64,000 nucleotides of DNA from Octopus vulgaris (Eukaryota): NCBI GenBank assembly GCA_951406725.2, contig OX597817.1, positions 30,752,001 to 30,816,000 on the forward strand, written 5' to 3'. The notes beneath the pieces are model-generated. The model worked only from the letters and a program-made list of their open reading frames with translations. It had not been told where the DNA came from and ran no database searches. A program made the translations under genes and the position numbers. Shown piece after piece: positions 39,491 through 53,412 of the stretch; the stretch's first letter is position 1; each line of letters opens with the position of its first letter.

Positions 39491-39542
<52 letters not shown>

Positions 39543-39960
39543 CCATCATTATCATCATCATTTAACATCAATTGTTCATGCTGGCATAGGTTGAATGGTT
39601 TAACTGGGCTGGCACACTGAAAGGCTGCACCAGGCTCCAGTATGATTTGGCATGGATGCCCTTCCTATGGCTGGATGCCCTTCCTATGGCTGGATGCCCT
39701 TCCTATGGCTGGATGCCCTTCCTATGGTTGGATGCCCTTCCTAACGCCAACCACTCCAAGAGTGTAATGGGTGCTTTTACATGCCACCGGCATGGATGCC
39801 CTTTGTGTGACACCCATATCTGGCATGACTGTGATTTTGCTCGGCTTTATGGGTCTTCTTCTCAAGCACAACATATTGTCAAAGGTTTTGGTCATTTTCT
39901 CCATGAAGCTCAACACTCGAAAGGAACTCAGCCACTTTGTCTCCATGAGGTCCAATCTTT
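39490..39960 (-). mobile_element. RTE-tail repeat variant with internal 19-bp tandem expansion
   Basis: (CAT)n tail; tggatgcccttcctatggc repeated about five times at 39653-39743. Confidence 0.75.
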
Positions 39961-40045
39961 GAAACCATTATATTTATTGTTTAGGGTGTTATGGTGCAAG
40001 TGTATAGCCTAGTTAATTGTTAGAGTGTTGATCCATAGTCTTTAC

Positions 40046-40450
40046 ATTATCATCATCATCATTTAACATCCGCTCTCCATGCTAGCATGGGTTGGATGAT
40101 TTGACTGAAGACTAACGAACCAGATGGCTGCGCCAGGCTCCAATCTGATCTGGAAGAGTTTCTACAACTGGATGTCCTTCCTAACGCCAATCACTCTGAG
40201 AGTGTAGTGGGTGCGTTTACATACCACCAGCACAAGAGCCAGTCAGGTGGTACTGGCAACAGCCACACCCAAATGGTGTTTTTTATGTTCCACCAGCACA
40301 GGAGCCAGTCCAGTGGCACTGGCAACAACCTCGCTTGAATGTTGTTTTTCACGTGCCACCAGCACAAGTGCCAGTAAGGCAACACTGGTAATGATCACGC
40401 TAGAATGGTGCTTTTTACTTGCCACCGGCACGGAAGTCAGTTAGCTGCTC
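40046..40450 (-). mobile_element. RTE-tail repeat (family B)
   Basis: Shared tail and internal repeats. Confidence 0.8.
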
Positions 40451-41780
40451 TGGATGGTGCTCTTCTGGGTGTGATTCTTGGATCTGCCCCTTAATTTCAA
40501 ATTGTTCCAGTACACCCAGCTGAAAATGGATATCGGTGGTATACTTCTGAGTGGAGGTAAATACTATGATGGCCTGGTGGTCTGTTTAGTGGGGGTTCTT
40601 GTATTCTCAATCAACCCCTCTCATAATATGCAAAGATTTGTGGCTAGAGCTTATGTTAAAGCTCCCCATGACTATCCATCATCATTAGCATTCTCCCTCT
40701 CGTTATCCTCCTCTTCCTTATTGTCATTATTACTGTTGTCATTACCGTAATAATTGTTATTATCATTATCTCATCATTGACAAAAGTGGAGGATTTTTAT
40801 TCATCATTTAATTGGTTAAATGACAACTATTTGCATACATCTTCTGTACAGGATTATAGAGTTGCATGTATACAATAAGACACAATGAAGCATGTGTAAT
40901 TGATGTGAAGGAATTTTCCTTTCCATGTGCCATTCAAACAGTATTTAAACATTACCGATCTCTTTTCTTTATTGTCCATTCATTTCCAAGGCATTGAACT
41001 GACTTATATTGTAGTGCAGCAGATGAAATTCATCATAATATTCTAAATCAAATACCATTGGGATTCACCTTGCTTTTCCTCCCTCTGGGGTTTGATAAGT
41101 TCCAATAACATACTATCATTGATTCAATCAACCATACTATAAATTCATGGCTTTGGGCCAATATAAGACATTATTTATTTATTTATTTATACATTTATTT
41201 GTTTATTTTCAATGTACAGTGATCATGATTTCTTTAAGGGATTGGGAAGTAGGTAATTGAATATAAAACCAGCAAATTTCAGTCACTTTATTTTAACAAG
41301 CAATTGAGTGAGAAGGCAACAAGGAAGTATCTACATCGTCGATCAACCTGCAAGAAGTAGTAGTCAAATACCCCTCAAAACTCAACCTACATATTTGAAA
41401 AGAACAATTTAATGGATATTGTTGTCTTAAATGTATAAAACGTCAATGTTATAAAAGCATTGGATAATATCTTATGGGTATATGTTCTACATCTCTGCAC
41501 TGTGAGCTCAATTTCCACGAAGGGCAATTCTATTTTTCCGTTTTTCAGGTCAATGAATAAAGTACCAATGCAGGACAGTGATTGACCGAATGACAGAATT
41601 GTTAGAACATTAGACAGACAGATTATAGTCTCTAGTCTGATTCTGTACCTTCTAAGTTCAAGTCTCACCAAGATTACCATTATAGTACAGGGACTCCCAG
41701 AGGAAATCATTGTACTAAACAAAAGGAAGGGTATCAAATTGAAAAGAGTTAACATCCTTAATGAATAAAGACAAGCTTAA

Positions 41781-42007
41781 CCCTTAGCATTTAAAACAGC
41801 CATATCTGATATAATATCCAAATATTATACCTGTCTTTATGTTTAAACTGGTCAAATCTGCCCTCTCACACCTATTTTACAATGTTATTCTAAGAATAAA
41901 CCATTACATATTGAAGTCTTGAAGCTTTGAGATAGCGCATGATAAACTGAAAACAATGGAACTAAATTAGAATTACATTTGAAAGAATAAGCTGAATACT
42001 AAAGAGC
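41781..42007. mobile_element. piggyBac-type MITE, second family (degenerate)
   Basis: TTAA|CCCTTAGCATTTAAA..; reverse-complement similarity to 44879-45099. Confidence 0.7.
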
Positions 42008-42101
42008 TAACGCACAAAGAGTTTAATGGGTAACAATGGTGATGATGACAGTGATGATGATGATGATGCCAGCGACGATGATTCTGACAACATCATTATT
42101 T

Positions 42102-42146
42102 GGTTCTGAAGAAGGAACAAGAATTCCTGAAATATGTATATACACC
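42102..42146 (+). ncRNA. Type I hammerhead ribozyme, canonical core, weak stem I
   Basis: GGUU CUGAAGA AGGAA caagaa UUCCU GAAA UAUGUAUA UA CACC. Confidence 0.65.
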
Positions 42147-42385
42147 TATTACCTATTTTTCTATCTTCAGTCACATTGTGTGCATAGACATGTTCATATA
42201 CAAAACAGTGGTGAATACAATATCAATAGAAAATCTATTGAGATAACTCTATAAACAACTATGCTGCAGATGATGATGATGATGATGACAATGACGATGA
42301 TGATTATCATAAATTATCATGTACACTTGAATTTTTAAAACTAAATTCACTTCTTCCTTTGCTATTTTTAAAAATAATTCCTCAT

Positions 42386-42670
42386 TATCATCATCATCAT
42401 CATTGTTTAATGTCCGCTTTCCATGCTAGCATAGGTTGGATGATTTGACTGAGGACTGGTGAACCAGATGGCTGCACCAGGCTCCAATCTTGATCTGGTA
42501 GAGTTTCTACAGCTGGATGCCCTTCCTAATGCCAACCACTCCGAAAGTGTAGTGGGTGCTTTTACGTACCACCGGCACGAGGGCCAGTCAGGAGGTACTG
42601 GCAATGGCCACGAAAAAATTGTTTTTTTTTTATGTGCCACCTGCACACTGGCACTAGTGACAGTAAGGCA
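42386..42670 (-). mobile_element. RTE-tail repeat (family B)
   Basis: Shared tail. Confidence 0.8.
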
Positions 42671-43315
42671 ATGGACAATGTAGTCCTACAACATGACAGT
42701 CACTGCTGAGATGTCTTTGATCAATGATCAGCATAATCAAGATAGCCTTGGCACTAAAAAACAACAACTAAAAAAGTGAGAGGAAGTTTCAAAACAGATG
42801 GAAATTGAACTCTAAATATCCGGTAAAGAACCAGATACTATAAATTTTCTAACACTGCTCAGTTTGATACTCAGTACAAAGCAAAGAGAAACTACAAATA
42901 TAACAGACATGCTAATGCATAGTAGAAGTAAAGGAAAAAAAATGTATATCCTGGCTTATTTTATTCTATGAATAGCTTAGCATATTAAGAAAGCTTTTAG
43001 CTTTGTTGAAGACTCCTTGTTTATTTTTAGAATACTTATTATTTCCCACTTAGTTGTATAAAGAAACACACTTAAAACCCAAATTAGAAAGAAGTAGAAA
43101 TGAATTCTTGAAAAAGACTATTAAAAAATATAAAGCAAAAAATATTTCCAATATAAGCATATGAACATGAAGAATGGTTTTATCTGTGTTTGTTTGTGTG
43201 TGATTTTGTGTATGTGTGTGTGTGCATGCACATGCATGTATGTATATTGATTCTAGTTTCAGCTCATGAGCTGTGGCCATGCTGGGGCACCGCCATTTGG
43301 TATTGCTACATGGTT

Positions 43316-43680
43316 TTACTTCACGAATGCTTTTCGGCAACTGCCATTTGGTGCATGAGAGAGTTTGATGCAGCTGCCCTCATCTGCACCTCCTGCCATG
43401 AAGTTGGTTCATCTGGGATACCTGACAAGAAGAGATCCAGTTTCATTTTAAAGACATCTGCATCCACCCCATGCAGGTCTCTTAGATTCTTCGGGAGGAT
43501 ATTGAAGAGCTGTGGGCCTCGGAAGCCCAGGCTATCACAGTATCTTGTCCTACATCTTGATGGCAAATTTGGAGTCCTAGGCACCACGCAGTGGCGCCCA
43601 GTTCTGGCATTTGTGTAACTCTCGATGCCAAAGTTTGGGACAAGTCCCTCCAGGATCTTCCAGATGTATATTATGGCATA
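43316..43680 (-). mobile_element. CR1-group LINE ORF2 3' fragment
   Basis: YAIIYIWKILEGLVPN..SLGFRGPQLFNILPKNLR..FKMKLDLFLSGIPDEP..AASNSL. Confidence 0.8.
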
Positions 43681-43689
43681 TGTATATAT

Positions 43690-44078
43690 GTATTTATTTT
43701 TTTTTTTATTTACAAAGGCCTATCCCCCATAGGAGGGGGTATCCACAACAAGACACACACCAAGCATTCCATTCATTTTCCTACTCAAAGAGGCAAGCCC
43801 CGCCCTATGTTCAGGTCAAGGCATAGAACACAACTCCCAATATCAGCAGTGGGGTCCGTCAGCATATGTTGGTTTACCCCCGCCACATCTTGCTGGTTCC
43901 ATACCCCTTTGAGCAACATCAGTTCACTCACTCATCCATAAACACTCTCCAAGCTTTCCTATCATTAATAAAGTTTCTTGCCTCACTCACTCCAACACCT
44001 CTAACCACCAAAGCTTTCCTCACTCCATCCATCCACACAAACCGAGGTCTGCCTCTGGTTCACCTGCCTACCACTTCT
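43690..44078 (-). mobile_element. RTE LINE 3' end, different family
   Basis: Minus strand translates TRGRPRFVWMDGVRKAL..DRKAWR. Confidence 0.7.
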
Positions 44079-44123
44079 CTGTGTGCATATATATATTCTG
44101 TGTGTGTGTGTGTATGTGTGTAT

Positions 44124-44533
44124 ATACTCTTTTACTTGTTTCAGTCATTTGACTGCGGCCATGCTGGAGCACCGCCTTTAATTGAGCAACTCGACCCCGG
44201 GACTTGTTCTTTTTTGTAAGCCCAGTACTTATTCTATCTGTCTCTTTTTGCCGAACCGCTAAGTAACAGGGACATAAACACACCAGCATCGGTTGTCAAG
44301 CAATGCTAGGGAGACAAACACAGACACACAAACACACACATGCATATATATATATATATATACATATATACAACGGGATTCTTTCAGTTTCCGTCTACCA
44401 AATCCACTCACAAGGCTTTGGTCGGCCCGAGGCTATAGTAGAAGACACTTGCCCAAGGTGCTACACAGTGAGACTGAACTTGGAACCATGTGGTTGGTAA
44501 ACAAGCTACTTACCACACATCCACTCCTGCGCC
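44124..44533 (-). mobile_element. SINE family A
   Basis: Full-length copy. Confidence 0.9.
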
Positions 44534-44878
44534 TGTATATATATATATATGTGTGTGTGAGTGTGTGTGTGTGTTAGATATAAACCTAACAAATATTTTG
44601 AGGAGGAGTGTGTACTGGAGAGATGGAAGAGGAAGTTGTCACATTTATGTTGTTGTTGACTAGTCCCAAGTCAAACCTCATCGAACAGACCTATGATAAA
44701 AGGTATTTCAACTATGACCATCCTATCATTTTAGAGACATTCAGAAATATTATTTAGTGTATCTTTTCCTTTTTAAGACAGAAGTGTGAGGGCTTGAGGT
44801 AGACTTTGCTGCTATTTCTAGCAGGTTAAGCAACCTTATAGAGGCTCTCTTATTAACTCGGTAAAATTCATGTTTTAA

Positions 44879-45099
44879 CCATTTAGTGTTCAGATTACTC
44901 TGTTAAATGTAATACTTTTTCACTCAAATTGTTTTGAATTAATCCTGGAACATCTTACAGCTTTGAGGTTTCAATGATGTGATTACTTATTCTTAGAATG
45001 GCATTGTAGGTTAGGTGTGAGAGGCTAGATATTGCCAGTTTGAATATAAAACATGTGGAATATATTGGGCCGGATTTGGCCAGTTTAAACACTAAAGGG
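44879..45099. mobile_element. piggyBac-type MITE, second family
   Basis: TTAA|CCATTTAGTGTT..AACACTAAAGGG|TTAA. Confidence 0.8.
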
Positions 45100-45640
45100 T
45101 TAACTAAAGAAACTAGTAAAAATGTAAAATTGCTTTACCAGAGAATGAAAACAAAATCACATAATGACAGTTTCTTCTAGCAATAATTATAACAATATTG
45201 ATTTCTTTTGACTATTGATAACATACAACAAGAATTATGCTTTTATTTGTCACAAGGGTGACAGATACAGGGACATTACAAGAATAGATTGCAAAATACT
45301 ATGGGGGTTTATGCAGCACCAATTATGAAAACGTAAGTACAGAAAGCAAAGCATAGAAACAGAATGAAATGATAAATATCAATAAAAGAGCTCCTACTAA
45401 CATCCAACTTATTGATTTGGGTTTACCATGATTACCAAAGAAAAGTATTTTCTCTGAACTATTAAATTTAGTTTATTGCAAGGGTTATTTATATGATACT
45501 TTACCAATCCTGCCGATCCACTTTTTTCTTGAATAAGTAAATAGATAAATAAATGAGCAAACAATAATTTTTTTACACTAATCTGATACCCTCAATTTAT
45601 TGCTCATTTTAACCATTTTATCTTTATTATGCTTAATAAG

Positions 45641-45945
45641 TGTGGAGGCGCAATGGCCCAGTGGTTATGGCAGCGGACTCATGGTCAGAGGATCACGGTT
45701 TTGATTCCCAGACCAGGTGTTGTGTGTGTTTATTGAGTGAAAACTAAAAGCTCTACGAGGCTCCGGCAGAGGGTGGTGGCAACCCCTGCTGTACTCTTTC
45801 GCCACAACTGTCTCTCACTCTCTCTTCCTGTTTCTTTAGTAATGCTGCGATGGACTGGTGTCCTGTCCAGCTGGGGGGAACACATATGCCACAGAAACCA
45901 GGAAACCGGGCCCATGAGCCTGGCTAGGCTTGAAAAGGGAGACGT
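45641..45945 (+). mobile_element. tRNA-derived SINE, family D
   Basis: TGTGGAGGCGCAATGGCCCAGTGGTTA head; homologous to 47211-47510. Confidence 0.8.
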
Positions 45946-46834
45946 TTATCATTTATGTTTAATAAGTGGTTGTTTTGTAGTGTTTCTGTATCCTCATAAT
46001 GCCACAGGCTAGCAGAATCATTAGCATGCTGGAAAAATTGCTTAACGAGTTCTGAGTTCAAATACCACCAAGGTCGACTTTGCTTTTCATCTTCTTAGGG
46101 TTAATAAATCTTGTGCTAAAATTTTAAACCAATATTTCTATCTACTCCATTTCTTTCCTTCTTTTCTTTTTCATTTCTTTTTTTTTTTTTCTTCTCAAGA
46201 AATACACCATTATTCCTTTTTAAAGCTATCTTTTCAATATATGTTTTCTTCAGTCGAATTCTCAATGTTATTTTTTTTAGTTTGCTCTTTTAAAACTTAC
46301 TTTTATTACCCTTGTTTGTATTTTTCAAATTTTCTTGTTTATCCTTTGAAATTTCTCTATCAATTGTATTTCAGTAATGCTCTTTGATTTTGTCATTTTT
46401 ATATCAAGTTATTTGTTTCACCAGCTTTATTTGCATACTTGCAAATTATTCTTTGGGTTTTTATCTTTATTTTTTTTTTTTTGTCTTCTAGTAATGTCAT
46501 GTCTCTTCACATTAATTTTTTTTTTTCTTCCTTACAGAGAACTTTTTACAATAGGTTTATTTTATACTGAATGGGCTCAAATTTAGTTTTCTCAATTCTT
46601 GTAGACACAAACATTGTACTACTTGTTAGTGGACAAGGAAACAGAATGTTGAAACCATGCATAAAATGATGTTTTGTGAGTTGCTTCACATTCTGAAAAA
46701 TTTGTATATGTGTACATGATAAATATAACAAGTGATGAAAAACAGAGGCTAAACAACACAAAACATGGTTCACAAAATATAGGGTAAAGGGAAACAATAT
46801 AGTTTGCAATCCAAAATATGTTGCTATTAGATGA

Positions 46835-47210
46835 TGTTAATGTTCCATTTAAATTGTTGCAGATCAATAGTCATAGTAAAGATATGAGCAGGGAGAAGAT
46901 TCCAGAGAGATAATGCTCTAGACAAGAATTGGCTAGTGCAGGGAATGATGGGTTGGACAAAATAAAAATGATGAGAGGTGGAGAGACAAGGTAGTCAAGG
47001 GCACCTAAGTGCTGGAGGTACAAGATCAGCCAAGCGCCAAGGAGCAGAAACCATTATAGTAGTAATAGAAAAGACAGAGAGAAGAGACAGCACACCTATG
47101 AGACAGAAAGTGAACATTAGTGACAGTGTGACGGTCAACTAAGTGGTCCTTCTCTGAAACCAGTCTGGAATATCTGTGTGCATAACAGCAATTGCATACA
47201 CTGAATATAT
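46835..47210 (-). mobile_element. Degenerate CR1-group LINE 3' fragment
   Basis: LSHRCAVSSLCLFYYYYNGFCS..SLWNLLP motif remnants. Confidence 0.65.
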
Positions 47211-47510
47211 TGTGGAGGCACATGGCCTAGTGGTTAGAGCAGTGGTCTCATGGTCGAGGGATCGCCGGTTCAAATCTCAGACCAGGCGATGTGTGTGTTT
47301 ATGAGCAAAACACCTAAGCTCCATGTGGCTCTGGCAGAAGGGAATGGCAAACGTCTGCTGACTCTTTCGCCACAACTTTCTCTCACTCTTTCCTCCTGCA
47401 TCTTGCAGCTCACCTGCGATGAACCGGCGTCCTGTCCAGGTGGGGAACCTATACGCCAAGGAAACCGGGAAACCGGCCCTTATGAGCCAGGCATGGCTTT
47501 AGAAGGAACA
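47211..47510 (+). mobile_element. tRNA-derived SINE, family D
   Basis: A box TGGCCTAGTGG and B box GGTTCAAATC. Confidence 0.8.
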
Positions 47511-48422
47511 AACATACACATAATATATTACAGTCTGGCAAGCTTTCCACAATATCAGTGAATGCATTATTCACTGTTTCCAATACAGCAGTAGAAAAAA
47601 GTTTTCTTTTAGGCAGGTGACAAGCAGATATGCATCATTGATTAGGGCCAAGAAGGCTTAAATGCATGATATTCTTTTAAGTTACAACTATAATGTTCAC
47701 ATTGTTCTGATGCATAGTGTGCTTTTGAAACAATATATTTACGAAGAGATTTTCTCTCAAGCAAAAACCACATCATGCTTTTCATTGGTATAAATACATT
47801 AAGTATCATTCACAGATTGCTATTTTATTGTTTAATATTTTTGGCATTTCTCTTTACTAGAAAACAATTGGAGAAATCTACAGATCAAACTTGTTGGATA
47901 TGGAGAGTAAAGAAAACAAACCAGGATATCATATCTAAAGAATAGATTAAATAATGTTACATAATCTCTTCCAGCATGGCTTTTGACTTGGTGTGACAAA
48001 CACAAGCATATTAATGACTTTATGATTATCTGCATAATTAAATAGTTTATCCCTATTTGAAGCACCATTCTGACTCAAACATTTGTAATTTGTTCACTTG
48101 GATTACTAAGTTGTCATGAAAGTGTTTATACACTCCTTTATCGACTTTTAATCCCATATTGATAGATGCTATTATTTTGGAAATTCTAAGAAAGCAGCTC
48201 AATCCTGATTTTAAGATTTAGATATTTGCCTGTATATTAGAAATTTTATTTGCTATTTCTTATATGGAATCAACATGCCTTATCTTTCAGCAACTGATCC
48301 ACTAGATTCCTCCTTGCAGCCCTTCTGTTCATCTACTAGCAGCTCATTCCTTTCATAGGGGTACAAAATTTAAAATCCTCCTCCTCCTTATCATCATTAT
48401 TATTAATATTATTATTATTATT

Positions 48423-50297
48423 TTATGTTTGACTTTTGCTTTGCATTTGTACAAGTTGGCTCCAAGTCTCACCCAGAGACCTCAAGAGATAACAAATTAG
48501 AAGTTCATGTTGGTGTTATGCCTAGGGTGTCATATATTTGGTTTTGTACATAGTGTTGTTTAAGAAAACACAAGAAAATTATGTTTTTGTTTTAAAATTT
48601 AAGATTACATACAAAGTATTTTACATACTATATGGTCAGTTCTCATGAGCACTATCTTTTGAATTTCTGCCATTTTGGGGTTTCCTGGTATCTGAGCTAG
48701 GTAGCAATCAGCCCCTTTTGCTATCATTCCAAGGGCACTTATGACAACAGGTATTGTTTTAGTCTTTAGGTTCCACATTTTGCTAATTTCTATTTCAAGA
48801 TCTTTATACTTGCTCAGGTTTTGGTAGGTCTTGACAGATATGTTTATATCGATTGGGACAGTCATATTAATGAGGAGGCATGATTTTTGTCTGAAGTCTT
48901 TCAATATGATGTCTGGCCTATATGGATCTATCTTTCTGTCAGTTTGAATGGTGAAATTCCAGAGGAGTGAGGTGTAATCATTTTTAAGCACTGGGAGTGG
49001 TTTGTGTTCCCACCAGTTTTTTTCATGGGGTGAGTCCAGGTTCTTGCAAATTACCCAGTGAATATATTGTGCAGCTCTATCATGCCTATTGAGATACTTT
49101 GTAGGTGCAAGAAAACTGTGCATGTAGACAGCATGACCAATGGTCTCATTTTGTTGTTGACATATACAACATATTGAGGAGCAGCCGTTCTTTAATATGT
49201 TGGCCTGGTAGTTCCTTGTAGGTAGGCATTGATCTTGGGCTGCTATGATAAACCTTTCTGTTTCTGATTTTAAGCCAGAAGCGATTAGCCATTGAGGGGT
49301 AAGGGCTTTGTCAACATCGGCATTATTCGCTCTCTTTGGGTATTTGCCATTGAGAGGTTTTTCTTGCCATTTATCAGTCAGAATAACTAAGGCAGGAGTT
49401 TTAGAATGGGTTTTCATGTGCTTAGCTTTTTCTGTGCTTATTTCTAGTACATCTAATTCTGGAATTTGTTGTATTCGGAATTTACTTATATATTTCTTTT
49501 CCTATTTTGTTACTGAGTATAATGCTTTCTTGTTTTCATGTTTTGAGACAAGTTTTAACATCAAGTCCTCAGAGTTTTTCAGGTAGGTGTCCAGGCCAAT
49601 TGTGGCAATCTTCATTGTTATTGCCAGTTGTAAAAGTCCATGGCCACCCTCATTTCTTAACAGGTAAAGTCTGCCTTAAGGTGGTGCATTCTATGCATTG
49701 TCAACAGTTTTCATATTTTTCTGTCAAGATTACACATGTCAGTAATTGACCAGTTAATTATATTGAAACTGCAAGTCACAGCTGGTATGGCTAAAGCATT
49801 GATTGCTTCAATCCTGTTTCTTGCATTCAGCTCTGTCTTCAGTATTGCTCATACTCTGCGATAACATTCTCTTCTGATCCTTTCCCTCATCACTGCATGT
49901 TTGATTCTGTCCCTTCAATTACTCCTATGTATTTGTTGCTTTCCGCTGGTTCCAACTCTTTTATGACATTCTGCTGGTTAAGGTTAATGTTAGATGTTTC
50001 TGTCATGTTTCCTTTGATAAAGGTAGCTTTTGCACATTTATCAAGGCCAAATTGCATCCTGATGTCATCACTGAATTGTTTAACAATTGCTAGTAAGCTC
50101 TTGAGTTGCTGGTCATGTTTTGTAAATAGCTTTAAATCATCCGTGTAAATGAGATGATTTATATTTTTATCAAACATTTTATAACCATACTGTGCATCAC
50201 TGAGCAATTTCGAGATAGGTATTAAGGCTAGACAAAAGATAGTGTCATCCTGGAAAATGCCACATGAAATTCTTACATCTCAAGCATTTAGAGATTC
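48423..50297 (-). mobile_element. 5'-truncated, decayed R4/Dong-like RLE non-LTR retrotransposon (copy 1)
   Basis: GIFQ.D, HLIYTDDLKL, FGLDKC, KPLNGKY, AAQDQ, CCHC remnant, RHD, LLWNF..TD..RPDII, KYKDL; (TAA)n flanks. Confidence 0.9.
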
Positions 50298-50322
50298 TAT
50301 TATTGTTGTTGTTGTTGTTATT

Positions 50323-50545
50323 AAGGCAGTGAGCTGGCAGAATTGTTAGCATGTTGAGCAAAATGGTTAGCAACATTTTGTCAATCCTTGTCTTCTGAGT
50401 TCAAATTCCACCAAGATCAGTTATGCCTTTCATTCTTTTGGGGGTCAGTAAATTAAGTACCAGTGAAATACTGGAGTCAATATAATCAACTAGTCCTCTC
50501 CCCCAAAACTTCAGGGTTTGTGTCTATAGCAGAAAAGGTTATTAT
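50323..50545 (+). mobile_element. Degenerate SINE family C
   Basis: aaggcagtgagctggcagaa..ctgagttcaaattcc. Confidence 0.75.
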
Positions 50546-50668
50546 TATTATTATTAGTAGTAGTAGTAGTATTAGTATCAGTATTAGTACTATTATTATT
50601 ACTAATATTATTATTAACATCATCATCATCATCATCATCATCATTATTATTATTATTATTATTATTAT

Positions 50669-52245
50669 CTTTTTTTTTTCTTCTTTCAAATTTGCTTCCA
50701 TTTCTTGCCGAGTGTCTTCCCGACTAGGGCAAAGAAACTCATAGTATACATTGGTAGGCCATTAAACTAAACTCACTAGTTCGTTCATTTTTTTTTAAGT
50801 TAAATTAAAATACATGGGTAGTAATAGTTCTCACATCGACAATGCTCTTCTCAATACATGTGATGTACCAGTTAAGACAATCTTTTGCACTTCTTGCAGG
50901 GATGGTAAGCCAGGGATCATTCTCATATAATTTTCGGTTCCCTTCTTGATCATTCCTAGTGCTCCTATGATCACTGGTATTGTAACCACCTTGAGATGCC
51001 ACATTTTCTCAATTTCAATGAGAAGGTCTTTATATTTTCTGAGCTTGTCAAACTCTTTTGCCGAGATATTATGATCACAGGGGATGCTCATGTCGATCAA
51101 TAAGCAAACTTTATTGTTTTGGTCTTTCACAACAATATCTGGTTTATTGGCTTTGATGGTTCGGTCTGTATGTACTGGAAAGTCCCACAGAATCATTACA
51201 TTTTCTCCTTCAGTTACAGTTTCAGGGTGGTGATTATACTATTTGTCGGCAGTTTTGATATTGTAATGCCGACTTATTAGCCAGTGTAGATATTGGCCAA
51301 CTCTATCATGTCTTAATTTATACTCCACTGGTGCTAAGACTTTACATCCAGAGATTAGGTGGTCCACTGTTTCAATCATGTCGTTGCAGAATCGGCATTT
51401 TGGGTCTGCTCCATTTTCATCACATTGGCCTGGTAGTTCCAGGTTAATATGCTTTGATCTTGAGCAGCCAGGATGAAACCTTCGCTCTCTGCTTTTAGCC
51501 CTGAGCTCCGTAGCCACTGATAGGTTTGCTTCTGGTCAACATCAGCTTGTTTGCTACAGGCCACATATTTGCCATGCAGAGGTTTCTCCTCCCACCTATC
51601 AGCCAATTGCTCGTGCGCTTTTTTCGTTGCCATTATTTTCACCTTCTTTGCAACAATAGTTGCCATACTTCCCTCGGGTTGTTCAGTTTGGGTATCCTGC
51701 ACGAGATCAATAGCAAATTTTTTGCTTTCCTTTATGATAGAATAAAGCTTCTTTCGTCTCTTTCGTCAGCAGCTTGCGTATTTTCCTATCTATATTTTTT
51801 ACTTCACTCATATTCCAGTTCAACACATTGTAGCTATAAGTAACAACTGGAACTGCTAAGGAATTTATAGTTAACACCTTGTTACGTACATTTAGTTCAG
51901 ATTTCAGGACTGCACGAACTCTCCTACAACATTTCTTCCTGATCTTCTCTTTCATGCTTGCATGCTGAATACCAGAGCCTTCATTTATCCCTAAATATTT
52001 GTATGTTTGTTCTTACTCAAGCTCTCTTATGACTGTGTCAACATCTAACACGACTGAATTTGTGGTCTTCACTTTCCCTTTCTGGAAAGTGGCCTTGGCA
52101 CACTTCTCAAGCCCAAACTCCATCCCGATGTCATCGCTGAATGCTTTCACAGTGCGCAATAGGCCTTCAAGTTCATTATCGTCTTCGCAATAGGCCTTCA
52201 AGTTCATTATCATCTTTGCAATAGGCCTTCAAGTTCATTATCATC

Positions 52246-52247
<2 letters not shown>
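50669..52247 (-). mobile_element. 5'-truncated, decayed R4/Dong-like RLE non-LTR retrotransposon (copy 2, different family)
   Basis: FGLEKC, KPLHGKY, AAQDQ, CRFC..ETVDHLISGC, RHD, ILWDF..TD..KPDIV..LID, KYKDL; embedded in (TAA)n at 50643-50668 and 52248-52328. Confidence 0.92.
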
Positions 52248-52329
<82 letters not shown>

Positions 52330-52374
52330 ATTAGTGAAATGGTAGAGTGGAATACTAAATCCACTTACTTAGAT

Positions 52375-52760
52375 TTCAAATCTTTATAAATACCACTAAC
52401 ATCAACTGGGAGATCTTTCCAATGTAGTAAGTTAAAAAGCATTGAGGTTGATCATTTATCGTTTTACTCATGTGGATTTTGGGAAGTCCATAAAATTTGC
52501 AGGTTTTGCATTCAAATCTTATTAAATAGCCCCTTTTCTTTTCAATTACGTCATTTTGGAACAGCTGGATGAAGACCATGAGTTACTTCATTAACTTAGA
52601 TTATTGGTAATTATTTACTTCTACATTGTAGGTGTTAAAACTAAGTAGAGGTGCAGTGATTTTGTAATGTTCTGAGGGCATGGTGACCACAGCACTACCT
52701 TCTTTGATAACTATGTTGTGATCGTCCTTAAGACTGTTCGTGATTTCCTGTTCAATAACA
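52375..52760 (-). pseudogene. Degenerate PLE reverse transcriptase fragment
   Basis: LKDDHNIVIK.. and RFECKTCKFYGLPKIHMSKTI, homologous to NFEPKPSNFYGLPKIHKSKNI of the intact PLE. Confidence 0.75.
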
Positions 52761-52933
52761 GCACAAGAGAATGAGAAAACACAGTTTATTCAGACAACTA
52801 AGAACAACTAGAAACAACAAAATTAATAAAAGTAAGTCAAAAGTGAGCTATTTTGACTTAAACAAAAGACCTTGCCACTTCGTTAATGACTGGCTTGAAT
52901 GCTGCAAAGGAAAAAAAATTTTAAATAACAAAG

Positions 52934-53297
52934 AATACATATATACATACATACATACATACATATACACATAATACATACAAACATACATACATACATA
53001 CTTACATACATACATACATAATACATTCATACATACATACCTACATACATACATAATACATACATCCATACATCCATCCTTACATACATATATACATACA
53101 TACATACATAATATATACATACATACATTATACATACGTACGTATATACATAATACATACATAATACATACATTATACATACATACATAATGCTTACATA
53201 TATACATACATAATACATACATACATATATACATACACACATACATATATACATACATACCTACATACATACATATATACATGCATACATACATACA

Positions 53298-53331
<34 letters not shown>

Positions 53332-53360
53332 CATACATACATAATACATACATACATACA

Positions 53361-53392
<32 letters not shown>

Positions 53393-53412
53393 CACATAAA
53401 TACATACATATG
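52934..53412. repeat. (TACA)n degenerate tetranucleotide tract
   Basis: Direct reading. Confidence 0.95.
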
